Positions 8,692 through 17,933 of a stretch of 64,000 nt of DNA are shown here, piece after piece; position 1 is the first letter of the stretch; every line of letters begins with the position of its first letter. Source of the stretch: Opitutales bacterium (GTDB lineage Bacteria; Verrucomicrobiota; Verrucomicrobiia; Opitutales; JBHJGM01). The stretch covers positions 65,653-129,652 of the forward strand of contig JBHJGM010000016.1 in the NCBI GenBank assembly GCA_050331815.1, read 5' to 3'. The notes under the pieces are model-generated. The model saw only the letters and a list, made by a program, of their open reading frames with translations, ran no database searches and was not told the DNA's origin. Position numbers and translations under genes: made by a program.

Positions 8692-9630
8692 ATGAAGAGC
8701 TTCTTTTCGAAATTCAAGGACGGCCTCAAGAAGCACTACCCGACCTTCTACAAAGCTTACCAGCAGGTTGGGGAATTTCAGGGCAAGCGCCTTTCCGCCG
8801 ACAGCGTCGACGAACTCGAGGAGGCCCTTTACTCCGCCGACTTTGGCGTGGAAACCGTCAGCGAGATTATCGACGAAATACAGGATTCGCTGAAAAAAGA
8901 GCGCGAACTGCGTGGCAAAGACGCCATGGACATCGCCGCGGCCATCCTTCGCCGGGTACTCACCGGCGCGGAGCAGCCGCTAGAAATCGGCGCGCATCAG
9001 CCCGAGGTCATCTGCTTGGTTGGTGTTAACGGCTCGGGCAAGACGACCAGCACCGCCAAGCTGGGCCACCTCTTTACCGAGGACGGTAAGAGCGTACTTG
9101 TCGGTGCCTGCGACACCTTTCGCGCCGCCGCCAACGAGCAGCTGCGCACCTGGACCGACCGCCTCAACCTGGAATTGGTCTCCAGCCACACCGGGGCCGA
9201 TGCCGCCGCCGTCGCCTTCGACGCCTACACCGCCGCCAAAAATCGCGGTCAGGATGTCCTCCTGCTCGACACCGCCGGGCGCCTCCACACCAAGAGCAAC
9301 CTCATGGAGGAGTTGCGCAAGATCCGCCGCGTCCTGCAGAAGCACGATGCCGCCGCTCCGCACCATGCCTGGCTGGTCGTCGACGGCAGTCTCGGCTCCA
9401 ACTCCATTGAGCAGGCCCGCGTGTTTCACGAGAGCTTCGGCCTGACCGGTCTCATCGTCACTAAGCTCGACGGCACTAGCCGAGGCGGCGCACTGGTCGC
9501 CATTTACCGCGAACTGAAGATCCCCATCTATTTCGTCGGCCTGGGCGAACGCGCCGAGGATCTGCAACCCTTCTCCGTCGACAACTACGTCAACGCCCTC
9601 TTCGGTGCCGAGGAACCCGTGCCGGGCTGA
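8692..9630 (+). CDS. ftsY: signal recognition particle receptor FtsY (short form, NG domain only)
   Basis: SRP-GTPase motifs are present: GVNGSGKTTSTAKL, DTAGRLH, TKLDGTSRGG. Confidence 0.95.
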   Translation: MKSFFSKFKDGLKKHYPTFYKAYQQVGEFQGKRLSADSVDELEEALYSADFGVETVSEIIDEIQDSLKKERELRGKDAMDIAAAILRRVLTGAEQPLEIGAHQPEVICLVGVNGSGKTTSTAKLGHLFTEDGKSVLVGACDTFRAAANEQLRTWTDRLNLELVSSHTGADAAAVAFDAYTAAKNRGQDVLLLDTAGRLHTKSNLMEELRKIRRVLQKHDAAAPHHAWLVVDGSLGSNSIEQARVFHESFGLTGLIVTKLDGTSRGGALVAIYRELKIPIYFVGLGERAEDLQPFSVDNYVNALFGAEEPVPG

Positions 9631-9719
9631 GCGAAGGGCTTACAGAAGGTGAAGCAGATGAGCGCTCCTGGAAAACTCGAAAGTACTCAAAAATCAGGTA
9701 CCGTTGAGGCCCTGCACGG

Positions 9720-10829
9720 ATGAAAACACTGAGCGTTCAACTGGCCGACCGCAGCTACCCCATCCATTTTGGCCGGGGGCTGAAGGGGCTTTTGCGCGAT
9801 ACGTTCGACAGTCTTGAAGGCGACGGACGACGCCTCGCGATGCTGGCCGATGGCGTATTCGACAAAGATAGCTTCAAATACTTCGACGCCCTCGACTTCA
9901 AAATCACCCGCACGCCCCCGCGGGCGGTCCGCTTCGTTCATCCCGGCGAAAAATCGAAGTCCTTGGAGGAGCTGACTGAGAACTACGCCTTTCTCGCCGA
10001 GAACGGGATCGATCGCAAGGGCGCGCTCTTTGCCTTTGGCGGCGGGGTGGTCGGCGACCTCACTGGCTTCACCGCGTCGACCTGGCTGCGCGGCATCGAC
10101 TTTTACCAAATCCCGACCACCCTGCTGGCGATGGTCGACAGCTCCGTCGGCGGCAAGACGGGCATCAACGTGCCCGCCGGCAAAAACCTCGTCGGCGCCT
10201 TCTGGCAGCCACAAGCCGTCTTCATCGACCTGGACCTGCTCCAGACGCTGCCCCCGCGTGAGTTCGCCGCCGGCATGGCCGAGGTGATCAAGTACGGCCT
10301 GCTCCACGACGCCAACCTCTTCGAGAAGCTCGAGTCGCTGCAAACCCCGCTCAATGCCACCGCCCCCGAACTCGAGGGCACCGTGCGTCGCTGCTGCGAA
10401 ATCAAGGCGGAGATTGTCGCTGCCGATGAACGAGAAACCGCCGGCTCCGGTGGCCGCGCGCTACTCAACCTCGGCCACACCTTTGCCCACGCCATCGAGA
10501 AGGTGGCCGGCTATGGCGAATACCTGCACGGCGAGGCGGTCGCCATTGGCCTGGTCCTGGCCGGGCGTCTGTCCGAGCGCCTAGGCTGTATCCAGAAAAA
10601 CGATACACAGCGCATTGTCCGCCTACTGGCAGACTATGATCTGCCAACAGCCCTGCGGCCCCCCTTGAAGACCGACGCCCTCATCGCAGCCATGTACCAG
10701 GACAAGAAAACGCGCGCCGGCAAGCTGCGCTTCGTCACCCTGCAATCCCTGGGCCGGGCCGTCACCACGGACGACGTACCCGAGGACTGGATACGCGAAA
10801 TCTGGGACCGGGCGATGGCCCCACCTTGA
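9720..10829 (+). CDS. aroB: 3-dehydroquinate synthase
   Basis: GGGVVGDLTGF, IPTTLLAMVDSSVGGKTGIN and GKNLVGAFWQP are present, along with the HTFAHAIE metal-binding histidines. Confidence 0.95.
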   Translation: MKTLSVQLADRSYPIHFGRGLKGLLRDTFDSLEGDGRRLAMLADGVFDKDSFKYFDALDFKITRTPPRAVRFVHPGEKSKSLEELTENYAFLAENGIDRKGALFAFGGGVVGDLTGFTASTWLRGIDFYQIPTTLLAMVDSSVGGKTGINVPAGKNLVGAFWQPQAVFIDLDLLQTLPPREFAAGMAEVIKYGLLHDANLFEKLESLQTPLNATAPELEGTVRRCCEIKAEIVAADERETAGSGGRALLNLGHTFAHAIEKVAGYGEYLHGEAVAIGLVLAGRLSERLGCIQKNDTQRIVRLLADYDLPTALRPPLKTDALIAAMYQDKKTRAGKLRFVTLQSLGRAVTTDDVPEDWIREIWDRAMAPP

Positions 10830-10868
10830 GCTTTGCACCACGCCCCAGACACGCTAACTTCTTAGTGA

Positions 10869-11504
10869 ATGGCCGGCATCGACGAGAACATTGTCCGCGA
10901 ATACTTCGAGTCGAACGGCTTCCTTGTGCGCCAGTTGCGCAAGTACACCGTGCAGTCGCGCATGAAGCGCCACGAAGAGGAAATCGATCTGGCGGTGGTT
11001 AATCCCGCCTTCCGCAAGTCCGCTGAGAAGCCCGGCTTTCTGCTCTTTGCCGCCGATTTGAAACTCATCCAGCGCGCCATCGTCTCGGTCAAGGCCTGGC
11101 ACAGCACCCGATTCACCCCGTCGACTCTGCGCAGCAGTTCGGAGATTTTTAAATTCCTCGAAAAAGACGTGCTCAAAAAAGCCGAGGAGCTCTTTGCCCT
11201 GGAAGAAGAGCTGGAGCCCGAGGCCGACGCCTTTGCCAAAATCCTGGTCCTGCCGGGACTACCCACGCACGAGCCCCACCGCTCCCAAAGCATCGCCTTG
11301 CTGCGCGAACACGGCGTCGACGGCATCCTCTCCTTTCGCTCCATGCTGCACGACCTTGTTGTCAAAGTTGAAAACAACTACAACTACTCCAAGTCCGACT
11401 TGTTGCAGCTGCTGCGCATCCTTAAAAACTACGACATGATCAAGTCCCCTCAGATGGAACTCTTCGTCGAAAACGATCAGCGCCCCCGGCGTCGCCGCGC
11501 ATGA
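10869..11504 (+). CDS. conserved hypothetical protein; N-terminal region resembles a YraN/UPF0102-like PD-(D/E)XK fold
   Basis: The composition looks like real coding sequence. Its stop overlaps the lpxA start (ATGA at 11501..11504). ENIVREYFESNGFLV...EEEIDLAVVNP...AIVSVKAW parallels the YraN pattern (GEIDLIA...VEVK), but with Ser replacing the second acidic residue. Confidence 0.6.
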   Translation: MAGIDENIVREYFESNGFLVRQLRKYTVQSRMKRHEEEIDLAVVNPAFRKSAEKPGFLLFAADLKLIQRAIVSVKAWHSTRFTPSTLRSSSEIFKFLEKDVLKKAEELFALEEELEPEADAFAKILVLPGLPTHEPHRSQSIALLREHGVDGILSFRSMLHDLVVKVENNYNYSKSDLLQLLRILKNYDMIKSPQMELFVENDQRPRRRRA

Positions 11505-12319
11505 GCGAACCCGCCACTCGCATCCATCCCACTGCCGTCGTCGAAGACGGCGCGCAACTGGCCGACGACACCAAAGTAGGCCCGTACGCGGTCATCGCCT
11601 CGGGCACCGTCATCGGCCCGGGCTGCGAAATCGGTGCGCACGCCATTCTCCATCCCGGCACCATTCTCGAGGAGAAAATTTTCATCGACGCGCATGCCGT
11701 CATCGGGGGCGATCCGCAGGACATCAAGTTCGACCGTGACACGCCCAGCGGCGTGTACATCGGCGCGGGCACCACCATTCGCGAGCACGTCACCATCAAC
11801 CGCGCTACCCGGCCCAACAAGCGCACCGTCGTCGGCCCCGACTGCTTTCTGCTGGCCACCTGCCACGTGCCGCACGACGCCACCATCGGCCAGGGCACGG
11901 TCATCGCCAACGCGGTTCTGTTCGGCGGCTTCGTGGAAGTCGGCAGCCACTGCTTCATCGGGGGCAGCGCAGTCTTTCACCAGCACGTACGCATCGGCGA
12001 CGGCGTGATGGTCAGCGGCAACGCCTCGCTCAGTCGTGACATCGCGCCCTACATTCTCGTCTCTGAGCGCGATCGCGTCCACGGGCTCAACCACGTGGGG
12101 CTGCGCCGTCGCGGGTTTTCCACCGAAACCGTCAGCGAGTTGAAGCGCCTGTTCCGCGCCGTGCTCGATGCCCCGGGAAACGTGCGCGCACACGCCGCCA
12201 GGCAGACCGCCGAGAGCGCGCCGGGCAAACGTTTCTTGAGTTTCTTCGGGGGTGGCAAGCGCGGCTTCGTTACGCGTTATGAAACGCGGCGACGCACCGG
12301 GGGTCCCGCCGATACATGA
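11501..12319 (+). CDS. lpxA: acyl-ACP--UDP-N-acetylglucosamine O-acyltransferase
   Basis: IHPTAVV followed by hexapeptide repeats. The motifs GDPQDIKF, VTINRAT and HVPHD are present. The C-terminal helical domain includes NHVGLRRRGFS. Confidence 0.9.
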   Translation: MSEPATRIHPTAVVEDGAQLADDTKVGPYAVIASGTVIGPGCEIGAHAILHPGTILEEKIFIDAHAVIGGDPQDIKFDRDTPSGVYIGAGTTIREHVTINRATRPNKRTVVGPDCFLLATCHVPHDATIGQGTVIANAVLFGGFVEVGSHCFIGGSAVFHQHVRIGDGVMVSGNASLSRDIAPYILVSERDRVHGLNHVGLRRRGFSTETVSELKRLFRAVLDAPGNVRAHAARQTAESAPGKRFLSFFGGGKRGFVTRYETRRRTGGPADT

Positions 12320-13272
12320 GCACAGGCTCCGCCAAACCCATCGCGCTGACCTGCGGCGACCCGGCGGGCGTCGGCCCCGAAGTCATCCTGCGCTGGCTTG
12401 AGGAAAACCCTCGCGCCGCTGCCCAGGTCTGCCTGATCGGCCCCGGTAGCTGGCTGGAGGCAGCCCGCGCCGCCGTGGACCCGGCCATCACCACTGTTGA
12501 AGTCGGTGAAGCCGGTTACCGCGCCACGCCGGGTCAGCCCGACGATCCGGGGGCTCGCTGTGCGATGGAGGCCCTCGATGTGGCCAGCAGCGGCTGCGTC
12601 GAAGGCGACTTTCGGGCAGTCGTGACCGGCCCGATCAGCAAGGCCCGCTTCAAAGCCCTCGGCTACGACTTTCCGGGGCAGACCGAGTTCTTTGCCGCCT
12701 GCTGGAACGGTCGGCCCACCATGGCCTTCGCCGGCGGGCGCCTGCGGGTCATCCTCGCCACCTGGCACATCCCGTTTTCCGAGGTACCTGCCGCGCTCGA
12801 TGAAGCCACCCTCACCCTTGCCTGCGAGCGTGCCGACTGGCTGGCCCGGGCCCTCGGGGCCGAATCACCTCGCATCGCCCTGTGCGGACTGAATCCCCAT
12901 GCCAGCGAAGGCGGCATCCTCGGCACGGATGAGACCGTCCGGCTCGACCCCATCGCCGAAAAAATTCGTGAGCGCCTGCCGGGTCTCTCGCGCTGTCTGC
13001 CCGCCGACACCGTGTTTCACCGCCAACTGCAGGGCGAATTCGACGCCGTGGTTGCACTTTACCACGACCAGGGGCTGGCCCCTTTGAAGACCCTCGAATT
13101 CGACCAGGCGGTCAATCTTACGCTGGGCCTGCCCTACATCCGCACCAGCCCCGACCACGGCACCGGTTTCGACATCGCCGGGCGCGGGCTGGCCCGCCAC
13201 ACCAGCTTTGGCAACGCCGTCGAACTCGCCGACCGACTGGCGAAAGCCCTTGCGCAAACGTCCGATGACTGA
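12316..13272 (+). CDS. pdxA: 4-hydroxythreonine-4-phosphate dehydrogenase
   Basis: Motifs GDPAGVGPEV, GLNPHASEGG, LYHDQGL and IRTSPDHGT are present. The ATGA overlap with the lpxA stop implies translational coupling. Confidence 0.9.
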   Translation: MSTGSAKPIALTCGDPAGVGPEVILRWLEENPRAAAQVCLIGPGSWLEAARAAVDPAITTVEVGEAGYRATPGQPDDPGARCAMEALDVASSGCVEGDFRAVVTGPISKARFKALGYDFPGQTEFFAACWNGRPTMAFAGGRLRVILATWHIPFSEVPAALDEATLTLACERADWLARALGAESPRIALCGLNPHASEGGILGTDETVRLDPIAEKIRERLPGLSRCLPADTVFHRQLQGEFDAVVALYHDQGLAPLKTLEFDQAVNLTLGLPYIRTSPDHGTGFDIAGRGLARHTSFGNAVELADRLAKALAQTSDD

Positions 13273-13334
13273 GTCAGGCCATCGTCCTTGAAATATCCGA
13301 AGCGCCTGCGTAATCTATCTTCCGCAACGTCAAG

Positions 13335-13710
13335 TATGACCCAAACCGCCACATCCACCATCGACGCTCCGCGCAATGCGGACGAGCGCCTTATCCGGCT
13401 GACTGAATCCGCCGGCGGCAAAGCATGCGCCCTGATGGAGCGGGAGCAGTCCGGACCCTACCTGCGCGTGGGTATTTCCGGCGGCGGCTGCAACGGTCTT
13501 TCTTACAAGCTCAAGTTCACGGCCAAAACCCGCAAGGGCGACATTCAGGTCGATTCCGCCGGGGTGCCCGTCCTGGTCGACATGAAGAGCGCCCTGTATC
13601 TGCGCGGCACCACCCTCGATTACTCCGACAAAATGGTCGGCGGCGGGTTCAAGTTCGAAAACCCCAACGCCAAATCGAGCTGTTCCTGCGGCGAAAGCTT
13701 TAGTGTATAG
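13335..13710 (+). CDS. erpA: iron-sulfur cluster insertion protein (HesB/IscA/ErpA family)
   Basis: GISGGGCNGLSYKLKF and the C-terminal FENPNAKSSCSCGESF signature are present. The ATG at 13335 is preferred over the TTG at 13288 that the track uses. Confidence 0.85.
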
Positions 13711-13886
13711 GAACGGCTCCGATCGGAGTTTTCGATTGAAAGGCCTCTGCGCTTTGGCTTGAATCTACAGACGCGATTTTTCCCCGACTTTATGCAGCAA
13801 CCGACAGCTAACCGCTTGATGGCGGTACTTCCCTCGCAGGCCCGGCGCGTTGCCGGCTTGCCAAACGCAACCCCCCGCCTCGTCTG

Positions 13887-14669
13887 ATGGGAAACTTTTC
13901 CTTCGCCGGAGGCCGGCCCAATCACCGCAGGCGCTACAATCAGCCGCGCGGTCCACGCAAAAACGAGCGCATCCGTGTTCCCGAGGTCCGCGTGATCGGA
14001 CCCGATGGCAAGCAAATCGGGGTCATCCCCACCCGCAAGGCTCAGTCGATGGCTCGCGACGCCGGACTCGATCTGGTCGAGGTCTCTCCCAGCGCCCAGC
14101 CGCCGGTCTGCCGCATCCTCGACTACGGCAAGTACATGTACGAGGAGAGCAAGAAAAAGCCCAAGAGCGCCAGCACCAGCTCCAAGCTCAAAGAGGTTAA
14201 ATTTCGCGTACGCACCGATAAGCACGACTACGAGGTCAAGCTGCGCCACGCCGAGGAATTTCTCGATAAGGGCAACAAGGTGAAGCTTTCGCTGATGTTC
14301 CGGGGCCGTGAAAACGAGCATAAGGAACTCGGCGTCGAAACCATCAACCGCGCCATCGGCGACCTCGACCACATCGGTGTTTCCGACGGCGACCCCCGCC
14401 TTATGGGCCGTTTCGTTAACGCCACCGTGTCGCCGCTGCCCTCCAACAAGCGCAAGCTCAAGTGGACCCTCCGCGAGGACGGCACCCGCCACGAGCCGTC
14501 CGCCGAGGATCACATCGACGAAGACGATGAGGACGATCACGACGAAGAGGAACACGTGGAGGAAGCCGAAGTCGCCGCAACCAATCACAAGCACCACAAG
14601 AAAAAGCAGCCGGAGGAAACCGGCTCAGCCAATCCTCTGGACGACGACTTTGATCCGCTCCGCGTATGA
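13887..14669 (+). CDS. infC: translation initiation factor IF-3 with a ~70-aa acidic/His-rich C-terminal extension
   Basis: NERIRVPEVRVIGPDGKQIGV, LDLVEVSPSAQPPVCRILDYGKY, VKFRVRTDKHDYEVK and KVKLSLMFRGRE match IF-3. The tail DHIDEDDEDDHDEEEHVEEAE...HKHHKKK is extra. Confidence 0.9.
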   Translation: MGNFSFAGGRPNHRRRYNQPRGPRKNERIRVPEVRVIGPDGKQIGVIPTRKAQSMARDAGLDLVEVSPSAQPPVCRILDYGKYMYEESKKKPKSASTSSKLKEVKFRVRTDKHDYEVKLRHAEEFLDKGNKVKLSLMFRGRENEHKELGVETINRAIGDLDHIGVSDGDPRLMGRFVNATVSPLPSNKRKLKWTLREDGTRHEPSAEDHIDEDDEDDHDEEEHVEEAEVAATNHKHHKKKQPEETGSANPLDDDFDPLRV

Positions 14670-14686
14670 GGCCACGCACGCACCGC

Positions 14687-14713
14687 TCAAGCATTCGCGA
14701 ATCTTGCCTTTTT
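14687..14713 (+). terminator. candidate intrinsic terminator after infC
   Basis: Imperfect hairpin CAAGCATTCG/CGAATCTTG followed by CCTTTTTCG. Confidence 0.4.
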
Positions 14714-14741
14714 CGATAATCCCTGCTGCGATACGCCATTA

Positions 14742-15746
14742 ATGGGAGGGCATTCTTGGCAAGGGCGCGGTCACCGTGGGCCGCACTTCGGGTTGCTTGC
14801 GTTTGTCCTGCTGGCACTTGCTATAAGTAGCCAGGCAGCGATAGCTTCGCCCAGGCTTTCGCTCTACGAATCCGGCCAATACTTAGGCCTGCAGACGGCC
14901 TGGCTTGAACCCGGCAAAACCGCCCAACTCAAGAACCGCTGGGTCTCCCTGGTCTTCGAGCGCAACCAGCGCGCCTTCACCGTCGATGGCCTGCGTGTGC
15001 ACTTGGGCGATCCCGTCGGCGTTGCTTCCGGCCAGTTGACCATCACTCGCACCGATTACGCCCGGACGCTCCTGCCCTTGCTCAGCCCAAAGTCGCTCGG
15101 GCAAGCTCCGGCGCTGAAACACATCGTCATCGACCCGGGACACGGTGGCAAGGACGCCGGCGCCATCAACCGCTCCCTGGGCCTGTTCGAAAAGGAGCTC
15201 GTGCTGGAAGTTTCGCTGCGCTTGGCCAAGCTGCTGCGGGAGGCTGGTTATCAGGTCTCTCTGACCCGCTCCGACGACCGCTTTATCGACCTGCGCGAGC
15301 GCCCGGCCATCGCGAACCGCCTCGGGGCCGACCTCTTCATCAGCGTCCACGCCAACGCCTTCAGCAGCCCGAACGTGCGCGGCATTGAAACCTTTGCCTA
15401 CACGCCCCATGGCCAGCCTTCCACCGGACGGGCTAAGCTGCACAGCTCCGACCAACGCACCTACCCGGCCAACCGCTTCGACGCCTGGAATCTGCTGGCG
15501 GCCTTTTACCTGCAAAAAGGGCTGCTGCAGGGCCTCGGCGCACCCGATCGCGGGGTCAAACGAGCCCGTTTTACCGTGCTGCAGTCGTTGAACTGCCCCG
15601 GGGTCCTCGTCGAGTTGGGCTTCATCAGCAACCCGTCCGAAGGCGCGAAGCTCAAGACCAGCCAATACCGCGATCAAGCCGCCCGTTCCCTGGCGCGCGG
15701 GGTGCTCACCTATGCTACCACCCTTCAGCGCGTTGGCGCGCGCTAG
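14742..15746 (+). CDS. N-acetylmuramoyl-L-alanine amidase (Amidase_3)
   Basis: It has a signal peptide. The Amidase_3 motifs IVIDPGHGGKDAGA, ADLFISVHANA, GIETF and VLVELGFISNP are present. Confidence 0.9.
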   Translation: MGGHSWQGRGHRGPHFGLLAFVLLALAISSQAAIASPRLSLYESGQYLGLQTAWLEPGKTAQLKNRWVSLVFERNQRAFTVDGLRVHLGDPVGVASGQLTITRTDYARTLLPLLSPKSLGQAPALKHIVIDPGHGGKDAGAINRSLGLFEKELVLEVSLRLAKLLREAGYQVSLTRSDDRFIDLRERPAIANRLGADLFISVHANAFSSPNVRGIETFAYTPHGQPSTGRAKLHSSDQRTYPANRFDAWNLLAAFYLQKGLLQGLGAPDRGVKRARFTVLQSLNCPGVLVELGFISNPSEGAKLKTSQYRDQAARSLARGVLTYATTLQRVGAR

Positions 15747-15754
15747 GCGATTTC

Positions 15755-16159
15755 ATGGCCCAGTTCACAACCCTTCTGTGGGTCGGCCTTGGCGGTGCGG
15801 GCGGGGCGATGTTGCGGGCCTGGCTCGGCCTTACCTTCGCGCAGCCCGGGCATTTTCTGCCCTGGCCCACGCTCGTCGCCAATGTCCTGGGCTCGCTCAT
15901 CCTGGGCGGCGTGCTCGCCGTCGAAGCCCACAGCCGCAACCTGCTTCACCCGCACGCCCGAGATCTGCTCGCGATCGGTTTCTGTGGCGGCTTCACCACC
16001 TTTTCCACTTTCAGCTGGCAGACCCTCGACCTCTTGCGCGAAGGCAAGCACGCCGCCGCGCTGACCAACATCGCACTGAACCTGCTGCTGACGCTCGGGG
16101 CCGTCGCCCTGGGCTACTTTGCCGGAAGGTACTTGCTGAGCGCAACTTCCGGACGATAA
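15755..16159 (+). CDS. crcB: fluoride ion channel CrcB/FluC
   Basis: Four hydrophobic helices, plus GGAGGAMLR, TLVANVLGS and GFCGGFTTFSTF. Confidence 0.9.
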   Translation: MAQFTTLLWVGLGGAGGAMLRAWLGLTFAQPGHFLPWPTLVANVLGSLILGGVLAVEAHSRNLLHPHARDLLAIGFCGGFTTFSTFSWQTLDLLREGKHAAALTNIALNLLLTLGAVALGYFAGRYLLSATSGR

Positions 16160-16212
16160 CCCGGCTTTGGAACCGCCCGCCTTTCGCCCCGGTCAACACT
16201 GCGCACCCCGCC

Positions 16213-17874
16213 ATGCTTTTGCTGAAAAAAATCCTTCTTGGCTGCCTCGCCTTTGCTGCGTTGGCTATGCAAGGCCAGGCCCAGAGCAATGACTCCGGGC
16301 CCAATCCGGCCAACGTGGTCGTGGTGGCCAATCGCAATGTGCCGGCCTCCGTCGAAATCGCCCGCTACTACATGCAGCGTCGCGGCATCCCGGAGAAAAA
16401 CCTCCTCTTCGTTGAAGCCTCGGGAAGCGAGGAAATCATCTGGTCGGAGTTCACTGACACCCTCTTCAACCCCCTGCGGCAGCAACTGCTCGAAAAAGGC
16501 TGGATCGATGGCGTGCTCACCGGCGGCAAAGACGCCAACGGCATCCTCGAAGGCACCTTCGCCGGGCACAAAATCGATTTCCTGGTCACCGTCTACGGCG
16601 TGCCGGTCAAAACCACCGGCACCGAAGAACTCACCCAAGGCAGCGCCAACGATCCCGTCGCCCGCCTGGCCGCCGCCGTCGACAGCGAGTTGTGCCTGCT
16701 GCCCGTCGCCGACGCCCCGGCAAACCGCATCATCAGCAACAGCCTCTTCTCGCGCGAAGTTGTGATCGGCCAGGAACACCACGATCTGATGCGCGTTGCC
16801 CGCCTCGACGGACCCGACGTTAAATCGGTCAAGGCCCTTGTCGACAACGCACTGCTGGGTGAAAAATTTGGCCTGCGCGGACGCGCCTACATCGATTTTG
16901 GCGGACGCTACCAGCGCGGCGACACCTGGATGACCAACGCCGGCATCGCCACGGAGACCCTGGGCTTCGAAACCGTCTACGAGCCGACCAAGGGCAAACG
17001 CTTCCTGGCCAAGGACCGTTTCGACGCCGCCGCCATCTACTTTGGCTGGTACACGTTCAAGGCCGAAGGGCCCTTCCTCAGCCCCGATTTTCGCTTTCCT
17101 CCGGGCGCCGTGGCCGCACACCTGCACAGCTACTCGGGTTACACCGTTCGCCACAAAAGCGCCTGGTGGGTCGGCCCGATGATCAACCGCGGCGTCACCA
17201 TCACCTTTGGCAACGCCTACGAGCCCTCGCTCACGCTGGTCCACCGCTACGATCTGTTTCTGGAGGGCCTGGCCCAGGGCAAGACCGCCGGGGAAGCCGC
17301 CTACTTTGCCCTACCCGCCCTCGGCTGGCGGACCTTCATGATCGGCGATCCGCTGTACCGCCCCTTCGCTAAGACGCTCGATGCTCAGATCGCCGACGCC
17401 GTCACCCCGATGGCCCCTGGCGATGAAGATCGCGATCCCTGGCAGCCCTACGCGGTCATCCGGCAGATGTATCTGCACTCACGCGCAGGCGACAACGACG
17501 AAGCCATCAAACTCGGCCAGGCTTACCTCGACGCCCAAAAACCCAACCCGCTGCCGCTCGTACTGACCCTCAAGGACTTCCTCAAGGCCGAAGGACGCGT
17601 AACTGAGGCCATCGAACGCCTCGAAGCCTTTGCCCGCATCGAGCAATTTCCCGCCAGTCTTCATCCTGCCGCCATGGAGGCCGCCCGCTTCCTGAACGAA
17701 AACGGCAAGCCCGCCTCGGCGTTCGCCATTATGAAGGCTGTGATCGAGGACTCCCGGCTGACCGATGAGCGCGCCTTTGCTTGGCTGCCCGAGGCGATCA
17801 CCCTGGCCGAGCGCACCGGTGCCTCCGACACCGCCCGCACCTGGAAGGGCCGACAAAAATCCGGCACGCCTTAG
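16213..17874 (+). CDS. secreted TIGR03790-like protein with a helical-repeat C-terminal region, function unknown
   Basis: It has a signal peptide (MLLLKKILLGCLAFAALAMQGQA). VVVVANRNVPASVEIARYYMQRRGIPEKNL is the N-terminal signature I associate with the TIGR03790 family. The track's upstream 167 aa overlap crcB out of frame and were rejected. Confidence 0.6.
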   Translation: MLLLKKILLGCLAFAALAMQGQAQSNDSGPNPANVVVVANRNVPASVEIARYYMQRRGIPEKNLLFVEASGSEEIIWSEFTDTLFNPLRQQLLEKGWIDGVLTGGKDANGILEGTFAGHKIDFLVTVYGVPVKTTGTEELTQGSANDPVARLAAAVDSELCLLPVADAPANRIISNSLFSREVVIGQEHHDLMRVARLDGPDVKSVKALVDNALLGEKFGLRGRAYIDFGGRYQRGDTWMTNAGIATETLGFETVYEPTKGKRFLAKDRFDAAAIYFGWYTFKAEGPFLSPDFRFPPGAVAAHLHSYSGYTVRHKSAWWVGPMINRGVTITFGNAYEPSLTLVHRYDLFLEGLAQGKTAGEAAYFALPALGWRTFMIGDPLYRPFAKTLDAQIADAVTPMAPGDEDRDPWQPYAVIRQMYLHSRAGDNDEAIKLGQAYLDAQKPNPLPLVLTLKDFLKAEGRVTEAIERLEAFARIEQFPASLHPAAMEAARFLNENGKPASAFAIMKAVIEDSRLTDERAFAWLPEAITLAERTGASDTARTWKGRQKSGTP

Positions 17875-17933
17875 ACAAACCACGCAGACTAACCGGTGCC
17901 GCACAAAGCCGCTTTTGGAGTCCGCACGAAACC

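Noticed and set aside
15747-15754. Fluoride riboswitch upstream of crcB
   Set aside because: Only 8 nt separate the amidase stop from the crcB start, so there is no room for a riboswitch. crcB appears to be co-transcribed with the amidase gene.
15712-16212. N-terminal 167-aa extension of the 720-aa ORF 15712..17874
   Set aside because: It overlaps the crcB gene in another frame and is Arg/Pro-rich. A clean signal peptide begins at the ATG at 16213.
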